From NCBI GenBank assembly GCA_051942205.1, contig JAVECO010000058.1, positions 1 to 64,000 on the forward strand: a DNA stretch of 64,000 nt, in the 5' to 3' direction. The DNA comes from Coniocarpon cinnabarinum. Lineage: Eukaryota. Under the pieces are notes generated by a model. The model had not been told where the DNA came from and made no database searches. It was given only the letters and a program-made list of their open reading frames with translations. Positions 10,997 through 23,871 of the stretch are shown here, one piece after another (the first letter of the stretch is position 1; the number at the start of each line of letters is the position of its first letter). Made by a program: the position numbers and the translations under genes.

Positions 10997-11212
10997 GCCC
11001 GCCCCATCATCTCACCCTTTCCTTATCACGAGCGCCTCCTGTCACCTGATGAGTGCGCTTAACCAATACTACACATGCAGATAAAACAGCGCTGGAAGAT
11101 TGCGGATGCTAAAAGGATCCGAGCAGTCGTGGCAATGCTACATCCCTGGCGAATCACCTATACAAGAACCATGACCATCTTTGTCCTCCACCAGTCATCA
11201 ATCATTGCAGAA

Positions 11213-11936
11213 TTAAATCTTCTCCTTGTCAATCTTGCCGCTTCCATCCCCCTTCTCGTTTCCAAAGTTGATGCTCACGCTGTTTACGCAATGCCTCTCG
11301 TCTGTGGGAGTCGGGTAGCCCTCTCCCTTGAACACATGCCCCAGATGGCCACCGCAGTTGCTGCAAACAATTTCGGTCCGCTCCATGCCCAGCGTCACAT
11401 CTGTATGACGCGTCACTGCGCCTGGGATGGCATCAAAGAACGCCGGCCAACCGCACCCGCTCTTGAACTTGTGATTGGCCTGGTATAGTGGCGCCTCACA
11501 GGCAGCGCAATTATACGTGGTCGTGTCCTCGGCTGAGGGCATCTGCTTGTCGAACAATCCACTGCCAGGTGCCTCAGTACCAGCCTGGCGCAGAACCCGG
11601 AATTGTTCTTGGAACTCGTGTCAGCATGTCGCTCTTTGCTGCGACGCTTATCCGAGGCTGTCTGGCGACCTGCATAGAACACGCGGACGACGAGCACTTA
11701 CCTGGAGTCAGGACTGCTTGCCACTCATCCTTGGACTTCTCGACGGGGTAAGACATGTTTCTCGTGGGTGAAGTGCTGAATAGAGATGAGAAGAAAGGAA
11801 GGACCATGGGCGTGCTTCTGAAGCTGGGAGCTCTGAGAAGCGCCGAAAAGGGTTGCTGGGTGGGCACAAAGCGCGAGGTGGCGTTTGAGATGGTATACAA
11901 GGAGTTGATGAGACTCGCGGTCGACGGGAGACGCAT
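11213..11936 (-). CDS. MXR2: Peptide methionine-R-sulfoxide reductase MsrB
   Basis: Intron 11608-11701. MSYPVEKSKDEWQAVLTPEQFRVLR..GTE..CAAC..KFKSGCGWPAF..RTEIVCSNCGGHLGHVF..DERHCVNS. Confidence 0.95.
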
Positions 11937-12191
11937 AGGAAAGAGTCTCTTGAAGTAGATTTCTCGGTTGTGACCGTGCGATCGTAGAATTGTCTAGATG
12001 AAATGCTTCTTGACTGGAGGATTACGTCTCACGTCATTGATCGCCAGCGCCACGCGAGGCGCGCAACATCCGACAATTGATGACCTATCATAGCTGTTGC
12101 ATAGCACCCGAGATCTGAGGCAGCCAACATCATTTTTCAAATTCCATTAGCCTCTGATGCTCTGGAAAGCTTCAAGCACGTGCACTCTAGG

Positions 12192-12914
12192 ATGGACGGC
12201 GACATCAAACCGCCTGACAAATTCGCGCTCCACGCCGCTTGTCGCGACGGCCACTTCGAAACCGTTGAAGCGCTTCTCAACACCAACCCACGCCTTGCGA
12301 CTCGCCGTGACGACGATGATCGCCTACCCGTGCACTGGGCCTGCTCGTACAATCACCTCCACATCGCCCAACTGCTCGCAGCCCAGAAGTCCTTCGACGT
12401 CGATGCCAAGGATGGTCTCGGCTGGAGTGCGCTCATGATCGCCTGCAACATCAAGGACTCGGACCCGCTCGTTGATTTTCTGCTCACCAAGGATGCGGAC
12501 GTCAATGCCAAGAACTCCAATGGGCAGACGGCACTTCATTTCTGCGCGTCAAAATCGCATCTGGACACTGCGCGGAAGCTGGTGTCAAAGGGCGCGACGG
12601 CGAGGGTGAAGGACAAGCGGCAGCAATTGCCGTTGCATCGAGCGGCGGCAGTGGGAAGCGTGCCGATGATTAAGCTGCTACTGGAAAGGCAAAGCCCGGT
12701 TGATGCAACGGATATGGATGGAATGACTGCACTCCACCAAGCTGTAGTGGAGGGACATGGGGACGCCGCATTAGAGTTGATCAAAGCGGGTGCAGTGGCG
12801 AGCAAGAGGGACGTGGATGGGAGATTGCCAATTGACTGCGCTCCGGATGATAAGGTGAGAGATTTTGTCCTGAGAGAGGCTGAAAAGGAAGGAGTCGAGA
12901 TGCTAGATGGATAA
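12192..12914 (+). CDS. NAS6: Ankyrin-repeat proteasome assembly chaperone (Nas6/gankyrin/PSMD10)
   Basis: Tandem ankyrin repeats (ALHAAC, LPVHWAC, TALHFCASK, LPLHRAAAVGS, TALHQAVVEGH). The pattern LPLHRAAAVGS..EGHGDAA is characteristic of Nas6. Confidence 0.88.
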   Translation: MDGDIKPPDKFALHAACRDGHFETVEALLNTNPRLATRRDDDDRLPVHWACSYNHLHIAQLLAAQKSFDVDAKDGLGWSALMIACNIKDSDPLVDFLLTKDADVNAKNSNGQTALHFCASKSHLDTARKLVSKGATARVKDKRQQLPLHRAAAVGSVPMIKLLLERQSPVDATDMDGMTALHQAVVEGHGDAALELIKAGAVASKRDVDGRLPIDCAPDDKVRDFVLREAEKEGVEMLDG

Positions 12915-13207
12915 TGTAGAGTGTCAGAAACAGCAAGAACTTTCTATGGTCGAGTGAGGTGAATATGGAGTATCCGCACAGAAGAGATTACGACAGCACC
13001 AGAGTGATTCGACTATTTATGCAGTAGGACGATCGACACGAGATTATCGTGGCACGGGGTGCATTCAATGAGTCGTCCATCAGGAAAACAGGAGACTAGG
13101 TGGGAACCCGGAAGAGAGGGCTGCGTTCTTGTCGAACAAAGGCCATGCATACGCCCGACCCGTCATAGTTGGGATAATGAATATGCTACGGAGATGCAAA
13201 AGGTATG

Positions 13208-15655
13208 CTATTTCACCGTCCGTTCCACCAGCTCCCTGTAGATTTTCTTCAAGTCGGTAACGTCTGCCTGCAGCTCGTCCACCTTCTCTTCTTTCTCACC
13301 CAGCATCTCAAGGCTGGCAGCGTACCGTCTGCGAGTCTCTGCTAATTCACCTTCCAGCTTTTCGATCTTACTGTCAAGGTCACGCTTGGCCTCGACCTCT
13401 TGCATTAAACTGACGATCTCCTTGCGAGCTTCGTCGCGCTGGCCGGACAAGCGTGCTAGCTCTTCTTTGTTTGCTGCCTTCTCAGTCTCTAGCCGTCGCA
13501 CGGATGCAGACATCCTTTCGACAAGCTGGACGGAAGGGCCTGCTGCTGCAGTGGAGGCGGAAACCATGTCGTTGATTGTTCGCCGAGGCGATGAGATCTC
13601 CTCGAAGTCATCGTCGCCATCGTGATCTGTAGTGACGGTCGGCAGTGAAGGCGTTGGCGGCACATGATCCCCGTTGCCGAAGAAAGGCGTTGGAGGGCCG
13701 CTATCGTGAACAGGAGAAGTGATGTTTTCAGGTCCTCGTGTACGCGGCAGCATAGAGCTTCGACGGGAGTGTGAGTCCCTGTGTGCGCTAGCCAGGGTCA
13801 AGTTTGGAGTGGACCGCCGGTTTGACCGAGACATCGAGAGCGCCGGTAAATCCAACGTAGACATTTTCCTCGGATGACTGTGTTGTGGCGAGCCCGAAAA
13901 TATCGAAGGCTCAGTATTATGGAGCTGTGACTGCCATCTAAGCCTCTCCTCTTCCAATTTAGCATTGAAATTGGCGCTGAGACTTTGCTTCTCGGACTCA
14001 AATCTCTCTTTTGCCTCTTGCAGTCTCCTCTCAAAATCATCTGCTCTCTTGTGAACAGAATCGGCGTTAGCCTTTTGTTCATCAACCTCATGCTCAAAGA
14101 GACGCATTCGTTGCAAAGCATCGTCTAAATGATCCTGAAGCCTCCGACTGGAACTACCTGCCTCCCTTGCTTTTCGACGGGCTTCGTTCTCGTTTTTAGA
14201 GGACTCGTCTCGTTCTTTCTCCAGGGCAGTGATGCGAGACTGAAGTGACGCCTCAATCCCTTGCCAGTTCTCACTGGCAAGAGAGTATTGCCTCTGCAGT
14301 ACCTCGACCTGGCGCAAAAGCTTTGCTGTGGATTCAGATCCAGTCGTGGCTGTAGACTCCTCACTTTGGGACCGAGCAATCTCCAATCGGCCTTCCAGAG
14401 TACTGATCTCGGTGCGAAGTGCGGTTTCTGCTGCTTGGTGCCGTTCTTGGGCAGCTTTTGTTTGTTCGCGTGCACGATTGAGCTCCAACTTGGATTGGTC
14501 ATTGGAGCTGGCGAGTTCATTTTTGAGTTTCGAGGTTTCATCTCGCAGACTGGACGACGTTGCTCTTTCAATGTCGAGAGCCTCAGCGGTCCGATGTCTC
14601 GCTTCGTCATTTGCCCTCGTGTTTGCCTCTTCAGCAGCCTTCTCTAATTGTAGAATCTGGCTGTCTTTATCGGCCAATGCAGACCGCAGCGACGCGACTT
14701 CGTTCTCAAGCGCGGATGCTTTGGCTGCTCGCACGGTTGCCGCTGTCCGCTCTCCCTCCAGCTGTGATATCTCGAAAACCTTGTCTTTGATGACGCTTTC
14801 TTGCAATGCCAGCTTCCTACGAGCGTTTGCTACGCTGTTCGCGCTCTCTGCCTTCTCTGCTCGTAAATTGCGTATGATTCCCAGCTGAGACACCTCGCTT
14901 TTGCTCAACTTCGTCCCTTCCTCCAAAAGCAAAGCAACCTTCTCGTCTCTTTCAGCAAGCCTCTTTTCCAATTGATCCCTCCCAGACTCAGCCGCTGCCT
15001 TCCGAGCAGCTTCAGAAACCTCTTTGGTCAGGTATTGTAGTTTCGCTTGCAGAGCATCTATCCTTTCTAAATAGTCATGCACCTCCTCTTGTCTCCTCAG
15101 CTCGACAGTCTCATAATCAGACTTTGCCTGCTGCAATTCTGATTGAAGCTTCTCGGCGCTGTTTGGGATCAAATGACTTGCTTCCAAATCAACCTTTCCA
15201 TCAGAGGGTCGTCGTGTTGTGAACTGGTGTTGTTCAATGGACCGGTGCGGTTCTTCAATCGATAGCTTGGCCTCGCCGCCGGGTATGTCGATCGACGGTC
15301 GTGGGGTAAGCTCTGGACTTGGTCCAGAATCAGTCCTTGCGTTGGCCGAGGCCGAAATAATCGCAGAGTCGCTAACGGAGCTTTCTGTACTTGGCCGCGG
15401 TGGCGCTAGAGTGCTGGGAGAGGGTTGGGGTGTTAGACTTCTGCTGGTTCCTGTACTCGGCTTCGACCGACGTGTGGACGGCGTGCGGGAGACGCTGCTG
15501 GCACCACTGCCACGCTTGTTCGCATCTGCGGCTTTTTGCGCTGCCAAAGCATTTTCCTCGGCAAGAATGCTATCTAACCGCGACTCGATACCAGAGACCG
15601 CACCAGACAGCAAAGACCCCCATCCAGCCTTCTTCGCCCTCTGCTGAGAACTCAT
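13208..15655 (-). CDS. SGM1: TATA element modulatory factor-like coiled-coil golgin (TMF1/Sgm1)
   Basis: Long coiled coil; N-terminal WGSLLSGAVSGIESRLD; LLEEGTKLSK; C-terminal GPSVQLVERMSASVRRLE..LEMLGEKEEKVDELQADVTDLKKIYR (TMF C-terminal domain). Confidence 0.88.
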   Translation of the reverse strand: MSSQQRAKKAGWGSLLSGAVSGIESRLDSILAEENALAAQKAADANKRGSGASSVSRTPSTRRSKPSTGTSRSLTPQPSPSTLAPPRPSTESSVSDSAIISASANARTDSGPSPELTPRPSIDIPGGEAKLSIEEPHRSIEQHQFTTRRPSDGKVDLEASHLIPNSAEKLQSELQQAKSDYETVELRRQEEVHDYLERIDALQAKLQYLTKEVSEAARKAAAESGRDQLEKRLAERDEKVALLLEEGTKLSKSEVSQLGIIRNLRAEKAESANSVANARRKLALQESVIKDKVFEISQLEGERTAATVRAAKASALENEVASLRSALADKDSQILQLEKAAEEANTRANDEARHRTAEALDIERATSSSLRDETSKLKNELASSNDQSKLELNRAREQTKAAQERHQAAETALRTEISTLEGRLEIARSQSEESTATTGSESTAKLLRQVEVLQRQYSLASENWQGIEASLQSRITALEKERDESSKNENEARRKAREAGSSSRRLQDHLDDALQRMRLFEHEVDEQKANADSVHKRADDFERRLQEAKERFESEKQSLSANFNAKLEEERLRWQSQLHNTEPSIFSGSPQHSHPRKMSTLDLPALSMSRSNRRSTPNLTLASAHRDSHSRRSSMLPRTRGPENITSPVHDSGPPTPFFGNGDHVPPTPSLPTVTTDHDGDDDFEEISSPRRTINDMVSASTAAAGPSVQLVERMSASVRRLETEKAANKEELARLSGQRDEARKEIVSLMQEVEAKRDLDSKIEKLEGELAETRRRYAASLEMLGEKEEKVDELQADVTDLKKIYRELVERTVK

Positions 15656-16246
15656 TGTATGTCGCAAGCGGTGCCTCTCGTTGTGAAGATGAGGGAATGC
15701 ATGGCGTCGCAGACATTACTTCCGTATAGGCGCCGACTCCATGGGATCTCAAGACCAAAGCTGATTTCAACAAATCACAGAGATAGGCAAAGACCAGTGC
15801 CCAGACACAGCAGATAACCAGAGCAAAACAACGAATACAGGACGGAATGGGTGAGCCGTCTCGCCTGTGATGCGTGGATGGATGGCTGTCAATCAGACAG
15901 GGTGCGGAAAATGGAATGACCAAGAGGTCGTTCCGGCAGGGTACCTCGTTGCCAGAGCTCAATGCCATCGTCAAAGCCGTAGACAGTGATCCCTTGCAGA
16001 CTAGGTTAGGGACCATTCTTTAAAGAATGATTGAGCATTGTACTCGTTCGACCCATGCTATATTGTGCCGAAAAGGCTGCCCCTCGTGCTTGATATAGAG
16101 ATATGGAAATGGTCTTGTACGTCCGATTACTCGTGATGAAGCCGCCATGAGTGCACCTTGACCATTTCTCGTGACTGGCGTTTGTGCTTTGCACTACGAC
16201 ATCTCTCCGCATACATAGCTCGTAGCAATTGCCGTTCTACGCCAGC

Positions 16247-19200
16247 ATGGAGGCTTATCCGGAAGACTATGTGAGCAGCTTAGTCCCGCTGTGTGTTCTC
16301 GCCGGCTTGGACGTCGATGAGAGTGCTGCACATCAGCTGCAAGTCAATGGCCCACGCGTAGGGTCAAACAATGCTCAAATCCGAGGCAGTCGTGCCAAAG
16401 TTTTGAAAGATGCCTTTTTGAGAGTTCAGGACAGTGACATTGGCAGTGATGAGGGCGGCACCGTGGAGAAGCAGCGAATAGCTCTTCGTTTCACCCAGGC
16501 TGTGAGTCTTGAAGACCTCTATCAGAGCTAGGCCAATGCTTATCGAGCTGCAGCAATACACCTTTCCCGCTCGAAAAGCGAGCCCGCAGGCATCTACGGT
16601 CGAAGATCAGGTGAACTTGCCCGCCTCTACAAATCCGCGTGCACTCTACTCACCCCTTTCACCACTGACATTTGGCTCGCCATTGCATCCCGACGGGCTT
16701 ATGTCCCCTCTTTGGGTTGCAAAGTATCGCCACATGGTGCCAGCTGTTTTCATTTCCTTTTTCGAAATCACTTCCGATCATAGCACCGACAGCCTGCGCG
16801 ACAATCAGCTCAAGAATGAAATGGCTAACATCCGGAACGCACTTGAAGATTCAAAGTATCGTTCAAGATATGCTGTCATTCTTGTAGGTGATCACTCTGT
16901 TGTCAACGGACCTGAGCTCGAGGAACGAGTCATTAACATCAGACGAGCTGCACGACTGGATGAGAAATGTCTGTTCTTCCTCGACGCTAACATAGAGGCC
17001 CCAAAACTGCAACATTTTGCCGAAAAGGTGGTCACGACAATGTACCCACATGCTGTGGAGTTTTACCGAGAACTCACGAGGCACGCTCGTCGCAAACGTG
17101 ATAGAGGTTCAAATCCGTCCCATAATATTTCCAGGTTGGGATGGCTTGCCCGCTACGAGTACAAGCTTGGAATCTTCGCTGAGTTTTGCAATGATATGGA
17201 GGCTGCTGCTCGCCATTATAATACGTCTATGATGGCATTGTTTCATGGCCAGGGCCCAGTGGAGACAACATCTAGCTGGTCGCCAAGGTTCAATGAGGCA
17301 AGGCTGTGGTCAGACACTACCTTCATTCGCCTCATGCGCGCGCAAATTGCTACCTCCGCCACCACTGCAGCTGTAAAAAGCTGGACACGCCACCGAGATC
17401 GCAGTCGCGACCTCTTGGAGCGCAAAGCAAAGGGTGTAGAAACCTATGGCCATCTCACATGGGAGTCGCGCTGGTCAAGGATTATGTCAGAACTGGTTCG
17501 CTCATCTCCAGCGTTGCAGAGTCTGGGAACTGATGATCAATCCACTCAAGACGTCAAGCAAGTCATGCGCGTTTTCTCACCAACAGAAATTCATGACCTT
17601 CAAGACCCGCAAGTGTCTCAAGCGATATCGCCATGGCATTTCCTTCACCATGCCGGATACTGGCTTCGGCGAAGCGTTGCGTACACAAGGAGAAGGCTCC
17701 TGTTTGCGCTGGACATACCTGAAGAGGATAGAGTACCGCCAGGTCGAAGTCCAGCTTCGGCAGTCGCGCGCAGAAACGAAGCCTACGATACATATCTCTC
17801 GCTTGAGCCACACGTTGAATGGGAGGCATCACAAGATGCAAAGGGTGCTCAGATTCTCAGCATCGCTCAGGACCTTAATCAAGCAGCAAGCGATTTCCAT
17901 GCACACCATCAGATTCGCTTTTCTGATTCTTTGCGCCTCGAGCTATGCGAACAGCTGATGCGAGCCTCGCAGCACGCACAAGCAATCACTGTCTTAAAGC
18001 CACTATGGGAGCGGACGCACTGGCGCGGCGAACAGTGGCGCCATTTGTTGCAGAAATTGACTGCGACATTGTACTACTGTGCTCTTGAATCCCGCGACGC
18101 ATGTTTGCGTCTTACCACGCTGTGGGAACTTTCGCATAGTTTGTTCAATCCTGAAAGCGGGATTCAGTACAGCATTCACTCGTCTTTGAAGGACATCGGA
18201 AACACTCAGGAAACACAAGTCTTCTATGTGAAAGGCGGCTCCATACTTTCCTGTTTGGAATTTGCGTTCTCATTTCCTTTGAAACAAGCTTTTGTTTCGG
18301 TACCACTTGAGGCCCAGCTCACAGCCAAATATGAAGCCCACGGATCGTGCGAACCGATATGTTTGCAAAGCATCACCGTGCACCTCGTAGGAGGAATCGC
18401 GTCTTTTCGAATTGTGCATGCAGAGACCTCGTCACCTGTTAAATCCAAGCATCAGCGTCTACAATTGCAAGAATTTCATCCAGAAATCACAGACAGCAAA
18501 CATGAAAATACAAAAGTGGCAACGAGCGACCTACGATTCGAAGCGGGTCAAAGGAAAGATTTCAATGTTTCCTTGCATCCAGAAGACGTAGGGATCTGCA
18601 AAGTGGATGCCATCACTGCGATCATACAAGAGGGCAATGCCCAAGTCAAATATACCTTGCCCTCTGCTAATCTACAGCGCAACCACGCGTGGACTCTGTT
18701 GGCAGTGGATAGCGCAGAGTCTAGAACAAGAGCAAAGCTTAGCCAAACACGAACGAAAATCGACATTCAACCTCGCCCATCTCGCTTGAGTGTCTCATTT
18801 TTCGGGTTACGCAATGTATATTACACGGATGAGGAGATTGAATTTGAGCTCGTCGTCAATAACGAGGAGGATGAAAGTGCCGAGGTGGCGGTCGAAGTGG
18901 AAGCTTTGAGTGAAGCGACTGAAGTGCCGGATATGCGGTGGCTCGGAGAGACTGCTGATGAAAATAACAAGCAGGACTCGGGGTCCCTGAGCACTGCACT
19001 GGGCTCCTTGCTACCATCACGTACACATTCAAAGCGTGTCCTTCTCGAGCCTGCTAAGAATTCATGCGACTTAATAGTAGAAGCGAGATTGATCTACACG
19101 CTTCCCAGCAGCGACGGCAGAAAGATTAGCAAAGTGGCTCACGCTGATGTGGTCATCATTCGTCCGTTCGAGGCATCTTACCAGATCTTTGCCGAGTATC

Positions 19201-19973
19201 ACGAAGACCCCTGGCCTGATTATTTTCATATTCAAGACGAAGTCTCTGGCGCCGAAATAAGTGACTTGGAGCCGACGGACGTTAAGTGCGAAGGGATCAC
19301 CTCAACGTGGCAATATCGAGTGCAGATTACATCACTGGCTCCCGACACGCTTCACATGAAGGACATAAGCTTAGCGGCACTGCCTCTGAAACCCATGGCA
19401 AAAATTACCTCTACCCAGGAAGATTTGCCGGAAGATGGCGTACATCTCACCAGCAGCGACCAGCATATTACCTCATTTACACTGGAAGTACAAAAGAGCA
19501 GCATTGACGAGCAGCGTCCTGTAGCTACTGTGCCAAGGCTTCGAGTTGCCTGGAAGCGCGTAGACGTTGCAGAAAGTCGCGTCAACGAAACTGAAATTGA
19601 ACTACCGCGTATCTCGCTGGCAAGTAGTGAGCCACGCGTGCTTGCGCGTAAGCTTGATACCAATGAACAACGCACAGTGGCAATTGAATATATCATCGAG
19701 AACCCGTCCCTGCACTTTCTGACATTTAATGTCAGCGTTGAATCTGGAGATGATTTTGCGTTTAGCGGGCCGAAATCAAGGACACTGCAGCTCACGCCAC
19801 TCAGTCGAAATGGCGTCAAGCATTCATTCATGCCTTTCCTCCCTGGCATCCAAATTCAGCCGGATGTGCGCGTCACAGATGTACATTTCAACAAGGCGCT
19901 CAGCGTCATTCCGACTGGTGTGCTGCGATCCACAGTTGGCGAGCTCACGGCTTCCGTCGAAGACCCCGGTTAG
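16247..19973 (+). CDS. TRAPPC11: TRAPP III subunit 11 (foie gras/Gryzun domain protein)
   Basis: Exon 1 MEAYPEDYV (16247-16501), intron 16502-16553, then long frame with SPLSPLT.GSPLHPDGLM, FYRELTRHARRKR, RYEYKLGIFAEF, WSPRFNEAR and C-terminal IENPSLHFLTF..FAFSGPK. Confidence 0.88.
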
Positions 19974-20018
19974 GTTTTGTCTGACATCAGCTTCGCCGCG
20001 AAAGTCTGCCCCGCCTTA

Positions 20019-21042
20019 TCATATCTCTGCATACAGATCCCTGTGTCGAATTAGCAGCACTCTTGCAGACACTAAGACTTTGAAAGTCACTGACAATCTC
20101 CGGCTGAGAGGCATTTGCCGCCGGACTTTACTCAACTCATCCAAGTCGATGTCGGCCAAAGCGATTTCAGGACCGTTGTCGTCACCGCTAAGCTCCGCTT
20201 TGATGTCGCCCCAGGGCCCGACTACCAAACTGTGACCATAGCTTGCACGCTTCCCATTATGTTGACCGACTTGTGCTGCGGCGAGCACGTATGTCTGAGT
20301 CTCGATTGCTCTGGCCCGCAGCAGCGTGTGCCAATGTGCACGACCTGTGGAGACTGCAAAGGCCGAAGGGTAGGTCAAAACCTCTGCACCCTGGCGCCTC
20401 AAGGACAAGCTCATCTCTGGGAAACGGAGATCGAAACATATGGCCAAACCAAGACATCCGACGTTACTCTGGAATGGTGGCAGGATCCCGGGACCTCTCT
20501 CAGTGGAATCGCTCTCCTTTATGGTCGGGCCTTCTTTGAGATCGACATCGAAGAGGTGAAGCTTCTGGTATCTCTGAGAGATGTCGCCTTGTGGGGTGAT
20601 CCACAGTAAAGTGTTCCAGATCTTGCCCTCTGATGCTGGCTCGTGCACACCCACGTTGATGGCAACGTTGTTTATGCGGGCCTCGTGCTGAATGCCCCGC
20701 ACGAATTCACTGTCTTCAACCGACTTAACAAGCTCCGCAGACTCTTTGCCGGAGCTCGCTATGTAGTCGCAGGCCTCGGGCAGGAACAGCGCCTGGCACT
20801 CGTCAGCGGGCCCACACAGATTCGACGGGCTCACCGCGGGTCAGCCGACTTAGTGATTGCGTTCTACCTGAGCGCCGGCGACAACGGACTTGCGGACGAG
20901 TTCCTGACATTGCTGAAGGTTGTGTGCCATGCTGGCCCGGGAACACAGCTGACCTACGGCCTAGGATGGTCAGCATTGGTAAAGAACCATGTCCATGTCG
21001 CACGGTGACATTGGATTGCTGCATTCTCACAATTTTGGCCAT
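20019..21042 (-). CDS. NIT2: Carbon-nitrogen hydrolase (Nit1/NIT2-type deaminated-glutathione amidase)
   Basis: Spliced MAKI|AVGQLCS..|ALFLPEACDY..YQKLHLFDV..AICFDLRFPE..YPSAF..GRAHWHTLLRARAIETQ..SYGHS; Glu-Lys-Cys triad present. Confidence 0.88.
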
Positions 21043-22541
21043 GTTTTCCGTCGCCGCACACCAGGTTACAATGAATGTGAGGTACAAGGTTTGACAGGCA
21101 TGCACGCTGCTGGGGGAGACTGGCATGGAACGACATTATTGGCACACACAATCTCCAGGCCTCTGTCCTGTCATGCTGCGTGCACGGATGCGAGATCGTA
21201 CATGTATGGTGTCATGCTCGGGCACCAGGCCTATTCGGAGTGATCTCCACCCGCGTATCGTGGCCTTGCCCGCGATAGGCAACGTGCTTATCATCGAGAT
21301 ACGGTACTGCCAGAAGGGGCAGTCTGGCGTTTCCTGTTCAGAAGACAGCCGTCTTGGGAGATGCTCCAAATGGCGTGGGCGGGCGATCACGCACCAGTCA
21401 GCGACAGGTCGACTGCATCTGCTGCATCCCACACGTCCGGTGTCGACGACTGCCAAATCTCAGACGACTCCTCAGTGTCTTGTGCATCTCTCCCCCCCTC
21501 ACAATCGGATGTGGGCGGCTCTTCGGCACGGGGCCAACTCCGCCTGGCCCTCCGCCGAAAACTTCGTCTTATCTTTCTAGCCGCAGACGATGCCGGCAGT
21601 CTGTCACGCCTACGCCGTACGCCGTACGCTACGTTGCTTGCGCTGGCTGGCATCCACATGGCTGTCGCTGCGCAGTCACCGCCCATCTGTCTCGAACGTT
21701 CGCGGAAGGCAGCACTGGCCCAGCGCAGCGCATGTCGTCATTCGGCGTCCCCCTTCTCCCGCTTATCCGTCGTCTTTGTCCAACTGCAGCAGCATGTGCA
21801 GGAGGCCTGTGCATCATGGCGACCTGTCCGGCCTGCGCTAAAACCTTCGTCTTGTCAAAGGGCTCCACCTCTCTGTCGAATGCTGTCGCCATGTCTCATC
21901 GCCGACTCTCGCCTGCCGTGTCGCCTGCCGCCTGAGTGCTCGCAGACGCCGCTGATTTGATGTTTCCTCTGATCAAGGCACTTTCGCCCCTTCTAATGGC
22001 CGGTTCCGCCAAGCCTCGATCTCTCATCGTCCCAGTCGACACATCTGCAAGATTTTCACTACTGCGGAGCTCTCGCTCTTAGGCCCTTTGACGCCGCGCT
22101 TAGCTAACCTTGCCAGCTCGAAAATCACCCGGAAAATGCTGGTCCCCATTGCTCCGTACGACGGGAGTGTCACATGCGTTGACGCCCCAAAAAAAATAAA
22201 CAATGGCGAGCTGGCAAAATTGGCCTCGTCCATCGCCGTAACGCGCCGCCGTGGCGAATCACGTCTGGCGCATTCCTCTTGAACCTCTTTGTCGGCTCGG
22301 CAAATCGTTGAGATCTCAGCGCGTGGGAGATGCGGGAGCTCTCGACGCTCAACCTCATAATGACCTTCCCAAGCTTCCGATGGATCGCCGACCTGTCAGC
22401 ATGTTGACCACGCCACCATACGCCAGCGCCTCTAGTTGAACCATACGTGCAACCTCGGCGTCCTGGAGCATATGCCTGACGTCACAAGTGTTTATGAGCA
22501 ATGTGAATGTGGATGTGGAAGGCGATGGGGGTCAAGAATGC

Positions 22542-22548
22542 TATATAA
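22542..22548 (+). promoter_or_regulatory. TATA box of the aldo-keto reductase gene
   Basis: TATATAA about 140 nt upstream of the ATG at 22688, followed by a C/A-rich leader. Confidence 0.55.
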
Positions 22549-22687
22549 GGCCCTCGACCCACCAGTTCATTTCCCACACTAGAAATCCACTTCAACCTCT
22601 GCGAAACCCCATTCGACTGGAAGCCTCCACTCCCCTCACACATTCAGCTATACCGTAACTGCATTCGATCAGCACAGCCTCATCATC

Positions 22688-23871
22688 ATGGCCCCTCGCA
22701 CGGAGTATGACCCCAAAGACATGATCTTCCGCCACTTGGGCCCCTCCGGTCTGAAAGTCAGCGCTCTGGCTTTGGGAGGATGGCTTACGTACGGTGGAAC
22801 TGAGAAGGGTACTATTGTCAGGGACTGCATGAAGGTGAGCTAGCTCTAGACGGTGATATCGCGTCACTCAGTCAAGGATGAGCACTGACAGGACTTCCTC
22901 ACTCAGGCTGCTTGGGACAACGGTATCAACTTCTTCGACACGTAAGTAACAACGTTTACTTTGATGTTCTGGACCGACTGGCTAACACGTGACTTTACAG
23001 TTCGGAGAACTATGCCGCGGGCGAGTGCGAAATTGAGATGGGCACCGCCTTGAAGGAACTGAACTGGCCTCGCGACGAGTTCGTGATTGCCACCAAGGTC
23101 TTTTTCGGTACATCTAGAAAGGAACCCAATACTGGCGGCCTTTCAAGAAAGCACGTCATCGAAGGCGTAAAGTCTTCACTGGAACGTCTGCAGCTGCCTT
23201 ACGTCGACATTGTCTTTGCTCACCGCCGTGACCCGGCTACGCCCATGAAGGAGGTCGTTGAGGGCTTCACACAGCTCATCCGCAACCTCAATCTGGCGTA
23301 CTACTGGGGTACTTCGGAATGGACCGCCGCCGAGGTCATGGACGCAAACCGGATCGCTGAGCGTTACGGTCTCGTCGCGCCTGTGGTTGAGCAGCCTCAG
23401 TACAACATGTTCCACCGTGAGCGTGTCGAGAAGGAGTACGAGACGCTCGTCGACCAGTTGGGCTACGGATACACCGTCTGGTCACCACTTGCTCTCGGAC
23501 TTCTCACTGGCAAGTACAATGACGGCATCCCCGAAGGTACCCGCTTCAGCAACATGAAGGACAAGTTCAGCAGCAACATCTCGTCGCTGCAGACTGAGGA
23601 AGGCAAGGCCAAGATCGACAAGGTTCGCAAGCTCACCGAAATCGCTGAACGCCTGGGCGGCAACATGGGCCAATTGGCGCTTGCTTGGTGCTTGAAGAAT
23701 GAGAATGTGTCTTCGGTGATCCTAGGCGCGACCAAGGTCGAGCAGATTCACGACAACGCCAAGTCCATCCAGGTCCTGCAGAAGATCACGCCCGAGATCC
23801 ACGCGGAAATCGAGCAGATCTTGGACAACAAGCCCAAGTCTGTCCCCGTCCTCTTGGGCCGTGAGAGATGA
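22688..23871 (+). CDS. Aldo-keto reductase, Kv-beta (AKR6)-like
   Basis: Two introns. [88 protein letters not shown]. Confidence 0.92.

Noticed and set aside
11045..11065. CTGATGAG hammerhead-like core
   Set aside because: No stem II or downstream GAAA in register.
21125..22440. Overlapping 150-200 aa ORFs between NIT and the aldo-keto reductase
   Set aside because: GC-rich divergent promoter region; ORFs in several frames with no recognisable motifs.
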